Shown: positions 59,509-64,000 of the stretch, piece after piece
Layout: every line of letters starts with the position of its first letter
Position numbering within the stretch: position 1 is the stretch's first letter
From: a bacterium
GTDB taxonomy: Bacteria > SAR324 > NAC60-12
Reading direction: 5' to 3'
DNA: 64,000 nucleotides
Assembly (NCBI GenBank): GCA_965209155.1
Contig: OZ242383.1
Coordinates: 1,952,001-2,016,000, forward strand
Program-made: the position numbers and the translations under genes
Notes under the pieces: model-generated
Told to the model about the DNA's origin: nothing
Databases searched by the model: none
What the model saw: the letters and a program-made list of their open reading frames with translations, nothing else

Positions 59509-61059
59509 TCATATGATGGGACGATCGAGACTGCGGTATTGAACGGCTTCCGTAATGTGAGGTGTGTCAATGGTTTCTGATTCGGCAAGGTCGGCAATGG
59601 TACGGGCCACTTTCAGGATACGGTCATACGCTCGAGCGCTCAAACCCAGTTTGTTCATCGCCGTTTCCAGAATTTTACGCGCCGCAGGAGTGGGTTGGGC
59701 GAATTGCTCGGTTTCTTTGGGCGCCATATTCGAGTTGTTCCGGGTTTTTGAATCTTGAAAACGAGCCAATTGAATGGTACGGGCCTGGATGATCCGTTGA
59801 CGAATGGAAGCAGATGCTTCTCCTTTGCGCCGGTCGGAAAGTTGGTCATACTCCACTGCAGGTACTGATAATTGAAGGTCTATCCGATCGAGCAAGGGTC
59901 CCGAAATTTTGGAGCGGTATTTTTCAATTTGGGTCGGATTGCAATGGCACTCTTTCAGTTGGACAGTCAATCCTGGAGACTTGCTACCGAAATAACCGCA
60001 TGGGCAAGGGTTCATCGCCGCCAGTAACAAAAAATCACAAGGAAATTCCAGTGACATGGCGGCACGGGCAATAATGATTTTGTGATCTTCCAGGGGTTGC
60101 CGCAACAATTCCAAAACGCCTCGAGGAAATTCCGGCAGTTCGTCTAAAAACAAAACGCCATTGTGGGCCAACGAAATTTCTCCAGGAACCGGAATACTGC
60201 CACCACCTACCAGGCCCGGGGAGGAAATGGTATGATGCGGTGAACGAAAAGGACGCGTTGCCAACAATGCCGTTTCCTCCGGCAGAAGGCCGGCGATGCT
60301 GTGTATTTTGGTCGTTTCCAGTGATTCGTCCATGGAAGGATATGGCAAAATGGAAGCCATCCGGCGTGCCAACATCGTTTTACCGGACCCGGGAGGGCCC
60401 ATCATCAGCAAATTATGGTTCCCGGCTGCAGCGACTTCCATGGCGCGTTTGACGTGTTCTTGTCCTTTGACGTCCTGAAAATCTTCCACATAGCTTTGGC
60501 TTTCTTCAAATAGGGTCTCAATTTGATATTCATTTTGCTGAATGACCAGCTCTCCCTGCAGGTAGCGCACCACTTCGTGCAACGAAGTGACGGGGAAGCG
60601 GGGAACCTCTGAAACCACAGCGGCCTCGGCTTCATTGGATTTGGGAAGAATCAATCCCTTCCTGCCATTTTCCCGAGCAGCCACTGCAATAGGCAAGACC
60701 CCGCGAATCGGACGTATGGTGCCATCCAGGGAAAGCTCTCCCACGATCATGTAATCTTGCAGCATCTCGGAAGAAAAAACTCCCATGGCGCCCAACAATG
60801 CCACGGCAATGGGTAAATCGAACCCGGAACCAATTTCCCGTAGATTGGCAGGTGCCAGGTTGACAATAATCTTGCGTACCGGCATGCTGTATCCACAATT
60901 GGAGATAGCCGTCATGACCCGGTCTCGACTCTCCCGAATCGAACTGTCCGGCAAGCCCACGATGTTGAAAATGCTCAAACCCAACGAAACGTCGACTTCC
61001 ACGTCAATCGGGTGGGCATTGATGCCCAACACAGTCGCAGAATAGGTTTTGGCGATCAT
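59509..61059 (-). CDS. comM: YifB/ComM Mg-chelatase-like AAA ATPase
   Basis: 'IVGLPD', 'GPPGSGKTM', 'PFRSPHHT', 'LFLDELPEF', 'SGPLLDRID'. Confidence 0.92.
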   Translation of the reverse strand: MIAKTYSATVLGINAHPIDVEVDVSLGLSIFNIVGLPDSSIRESRDRVMTAISNCGYSMPVRKIIVNLAPANLREIGSGFDLPIAVALLGAMGVFSSEMLQDYMIVGELSLDGTIRPIRGVLPIAVAARENGRKGLILPKSNEAEAAVVSEVPRFPVTSLHEVVRYLQGELVIQQNEYQIETLFEESQSYVEDFQDVKGQEHVKRAMEVAAAGNHNLLMMGPPGSGKTMLARRMASILPYPSMDESLETTKIHSIAGLLPEETALLATRPFRSPHHTISSPGLVGGGSIPVPGEISLAHNGVLFLDELPEFPRGVLELLRQPLEDHKIIIARAAMSLEFPCDFLLLAAMNPCPCGYFGSKSPGLTVQLKECHCNPTQIEKYRSKISGPLLDRIDLQLSVPAVEYDQLSDRRKGEASASIRQRIIQARTIQLARFQDSKTRNNSNMAPKETEQFAQPTPAARKILETAMNKLGLSARAYDRILKVARTIADLAESETIDTPHITEAVQYRSLDRPII

Positions 61060-61189
61060 ATCAGCAAGTTAACAGGAAGGGAATGAGCGTAAATCATTCC
61101 CGGCATGGCGCAATTTTCGTGATGAGATACGTTTGTGAAAAACTCTACCCCAGCCCCTGCCTGCAGTAAAGTAAAAAGAAATTACCACT

Positions 61190-61465
61190 TACGTGAATCA
61201 GGAGTTAAAAAGCGTGTCATTCCGCCCTGAGAGCCGGATTTTTTCTCCATTGTCATTCCTGGCTTGACCAGGAATCCATTGCTTCCATCCTCTATTTCAG
61301 TATACCGTATCAAGTCGGTGATGATCCGGGACCAGGATGAGCCGTCCATAGAGATTCACTCTTTAAATTAAATGCAGGAGTTTAAAAGCGTGTCATTCCT
61401 GGCTTGACCAGGAATCCAATGCTTCCATTCTCGATTTCAGTATACCGTATCAAGTCCGTGATGAC
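61190..61465. repeat. REP-like repeat with a ~72-bp direct duplication (61252, 61392)
   Basis: GTCATTCCTGGCTTGACCAGGAATCCA...TTTCAGTATACCGTATCAAGTC twice, after GAATCAGGAGTT. Confidence 0.8.
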
Positions 61466-61485
61466 CCATCCATTCTCAGAGTTTC

Positions 61486-62013
61486 TCAATATTGCTTGTT
61501 CTTGAAGTCTTCTTCCAAACGGCTTGGTGTCGCGCGATCTTGTCCGTTGTATTTACCCCGATAAGGATTTTCAGCTCGTGTCGTCATTTTAAAAAAAACA
61601 ATCTGGCATATACGGATTCCGGCCTTCAGTTCAATGGGAACATGGGATTGGTTTTCCAATTCCAGGGTTATTTTCCCGTAGAAACCACCATCGATGAAAC
61701 TGGCATTTTGGACTTGCAATCCCAAGCGTCCGATACTGGAACGACCTTCCACGTAGGCAGCCATATCATCCGGAATCCGAATGAATTCGGCAGTACTCGC
61801 TAATACGAAATGTTTGGGTGGGAGGACGTAGGTGGGGGATTGGAGATGTTGATACCGAACGGGTTCTCCCAGCACTATTTTGTTTTTTCGTGGATCCAAC
61901 CAACTGAAAGAATCGGACAACGTGAGATCGACGCTCGATGGCCCCACGTGCAATCCTGGCGGCAAATAACCGTCTTCCATCAATTTCTTCAATTCCACGT
62001 CGGAAAGCACCAT
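61486..62013 (-). CDS. dcd: dCTP deaminase
   Basis: 'MVLSD', 'PSSVDL', 'EGRSSIGRLGL', 'G.ITLEL', 'YRGKYNGQ'. Confidence 0.93.
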   Translation of the reverse strand: MVLSDVELKKLMEDGYLPPGLHVGPSSVDLTLSDSFSWLDPRKNKIVLGEPVRYQHLQSPTYVLPPKHFVLASTAEFIRIPDDMAAYVEGRSSIGRLGLQVQNASFIDGGFYGKITLELENQSHVPIELKAGIRICQIVFFKMTTRAENPYRGKYNGQDRATPSRLEEDFKNKQY

Positions 62014-62050
62014 TTTTTTCAGTTCATGTCAGGTGTTTGGAACTTGTAGA

Positions 62051-62685
62051 AGATCGACTTTATTCCTGAAGCTCTCCTGTAAAGAAGGCACAAAGGCACA
62101 AAGGCACAAAGGCACAAAGGCACAAAGGCACAAAGGCACAAAGCATTTTTTATTTTTGCTCTACTTTTCTATTGAGGCTCCCGAGCATGCGTTCAATCTC
62201 CCGTGTCTTTTCAGTTAGTTTTTCAAAGTCATGATTTGAAACAAATCCCAGATGGGGACCAATCTCCAACTGGGTTTGTAGTTCAATAATGATCCATTAG
62301 CAATTTGCAAAAAGCGGATGTAATCTTTTTTGGAGTTCTTCCCATAGCCTTCGGTAATATTACTGGGAATGGAAACAGCGCTCCGTCTGATTTGGCTGGT
62401 CAATCCATAGTGTTCCTCATGCGGAAAATCACGAGTCACTTTGTAAAAATCAGTGACCATGGCTATTGATTTTTACCAGACAATTAAATCCCGGTATGTT
62501 TTGATAATTAATCCTCTCCACTCACCTGATCAAGCAATAACTCCCCCTCAAAAAAACCAATACCGCAGTCACCTTTGTGCCTTTGCACCAGTTATCGGTT
62601 GTCAGTTTTCGGTTGACAGTTATCGGTTGTCAGTTCCTTCATGAGTCTCCTTTGTGCCTTTGTGCCTTTGTGCCTTTGTGCCTTT
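62051..62685. repeat. Inverted 8-mer arrays: (AAAGGCAC)x~7 at 62085-62143 and (CTTTGTGC)n at 62573-62685, with an embedded 7-mer array at 62590-62636
   Basis: Directly visible on either side of a four-helix-bundle pseudogene. Confidence 0.9.
62150..62505 (-). pseudogene. Four helix bundle protein pseudogene
   Basis: 'KTYRDLIVW*KS...FPHEEHYGLTSQIRRSAVSIPSNI.EG', frameshift, then 'ELQTQLEI...IERMLGSL..KVEQK*'; no ATG after the GGAGAGG RBS. Confidence 0.85.
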
Positions 62686-62864
62686 CTAATTGAATCCCAA
62701 ATGGAGCTCTTAGTAAAATTTGTTCACCAAACATCAGTTATCAGAAAAAACATTTTAAGTTGTCATTACATACGCTACATTAGGCATCGACCGTCTCGAT
62801 TCACAAGCGTTCCCTCCAGACAAGGTGACGGTGTTATCCTGTTCCTTCTGTCTTTTTCATCCGT

Positions 62865-63965
62865 ATGCATGAAATCTTCGATAGACGCCGATTAAGTATC
62901 AAACCTTTGGCTTCCCGGCAATCAAAATCGGACCCTGGTATCATGATCGAAAAGGGAAACCCGCTCCCTCCACTTGCACCCAAAGAGAGGCGATTCATCG
63001 AATACCTGGCAGAAAAGATGAGAGCCTGCAGAAAAAAAGGCGCGCCGGTTATCATGGCTTATGGAGCCCATTTGTTCAAAAATGGACTGGCGCCCCTGGT
63101 TATTGAAATGATGGAGGCCGGTTATCTTCAACAGCTGGTGACCAACGGCGCGGGTTCCATCCATGATTGGGAAATGGCGTTTCATGGCCAAACCGAAGAA
63201 GACGTGCAACGCTACGTCAAAGAAGGGCAGTTCGGCATTTGGCAGGAAACGGGTTTTTATACCAACCTTGCTATTATATTGGGTGCGGCTCAAGGAAGGG
63301 GATACGGTCCTTCCATTGGCAAAATGATCCACGAAGATCGGCTGGATCTCCCAGCTCCCGGAACTTTGCGACAGGAATTGACCCGGGAATTGCAACGAGG
63401 ATCCATTTCTGCGCAATTCCCCGCAAAAGCGGCTTTAGCCCACACCCTGGAAAAATTTCGAATCACTCCGGGCAGAATGGAAGTCCTCCATCCTTATAAA
63501 AGGTACAGTATTCAGGAAACCGCCTATCGTTTGCATATCCCCTTCAACGTTTGCCCCGGTATCGGAGCCGACATCATTTATACCCATCCCCTCAATAACG
63601 GGGCAGCCATCGGACAGGCCGCCCTACAGGATTTTTTAACGTTTACGCAAGGGATCACGCAACTGGAAGATGGAATTTTCTTTTGCATCGGATCGGCCGT
63701 GATGGGACCAATGATTTTTGAGAAAGCAATCGCCATGGCACGGAATATGGCTCTCCAGGATGACCGTTCCCTTGATAATTACCAGATAGTCGTCAATGAT
63801 ATCCAACCGGGAAATTGGGATTGGCGCCGGGGTGACCCACCTGAAGACAATCCTGCCTATTACCTGCGCTTTTGCAAATCGTTTTCACGCATGGGGGGAG
63901 ATTTTCACTACCTGCAGTTGGACAACCGGGCCTTCATTCAGCACCTCCACCGACGATTGGTTTGA
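62865..63965 (+). CDS. Conserved hypothetical protein, deoxyhypusine-synthase-like fold suspected
   Basis: 'VIMAYGAHLFKNGL', 'TNGAGSIHDWE', 'GQFG', 'IGSAVMGP.IFEKA..MARN'. Confidence 0.6.
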   Translation: MHEIFDRRRLSIKPLASRQSKSDPGIMIEKGNPLPPLAPKERRFIEYLAEKMRACRKKGAPVIMAYGAHLFKNGLAPLVIEMMEAGYLQQLVTNGAGSIHDWEMAFHGQTEEDVQRYVKEGQFGIWQETGFYTNLAIILGAAQGRGYGPSIGKMIHEDRLDLPAPGTLRQELTRELQRGSISAQFPAKAALAHTLEKFRITPGRMEVLHPYKRYSIQETAYRLHIPFNVCPGIGADIIYTHPLNNGAAIGQAALQDFLTFTQGITQLEDGIFFCIGSAVMGPMIFEKAIAMARNMALQDDRSLDNYQIVVNDIQPGNWDWRRGDPPEDNPAYYLRFCKSFSRMGGDFHYLQLDNRAFIQHLHRRLV

Positions 63966-64000
63966 ATTTTTCCTCGACATATTCCGACAAATCAGTTAAA

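Noticed and set aside
1..64000. rRNA, tRNA, prophage or integron integrase
   Set aside because: None recognised by eye; a tRNAscan/Rfam run is needed to exclude small RNA genes

Overview
Bacterial chromosomal window of mixed composition; the host cannot be assigned from sequence alone. The right ~29 kb is mostly housekeeping: leuS, tldD/pmbA, batA, a ppk2-CYTH / CHAD-ParA polyphosphate cluster, an MFS transporter, amtB, comM and dcd. The left ~44 kb is a heavily reshuffled accessory region. It holds two paralogous family-5 peptide ABC operons lacking ATPases, SDRs, a DMFase-like gene, toxin-antitoxin pairs, an intact IS21, an intact IS110/IS1111-type element, IS66/IS5/RAYT relics, a truncated group II intron and many gene fragments. 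Four things stand out. (1) Three four-helix-bundle (IVS/Avd-like) genes each sit between two mutually inverted arrays of short tandem repeats, with a 6-, 7- or 8-nt unit per gene. One occupies a junction that is empty in the paralogous operon, and a fourth relic supplies the stop codon of recQ. (2) An IS66-ended multicopy element carries a promoter-like motif and a structured-RNA-like segment with one compensatory change. (3) A tightly coupled DUF488-DUF488-(extra N-domain)RecQ operon. (4) An IS1111-type element whose 3' non-coding region contains short matches to its own target and donor sites. All family assignments are by eye from motifs; no searches were run.
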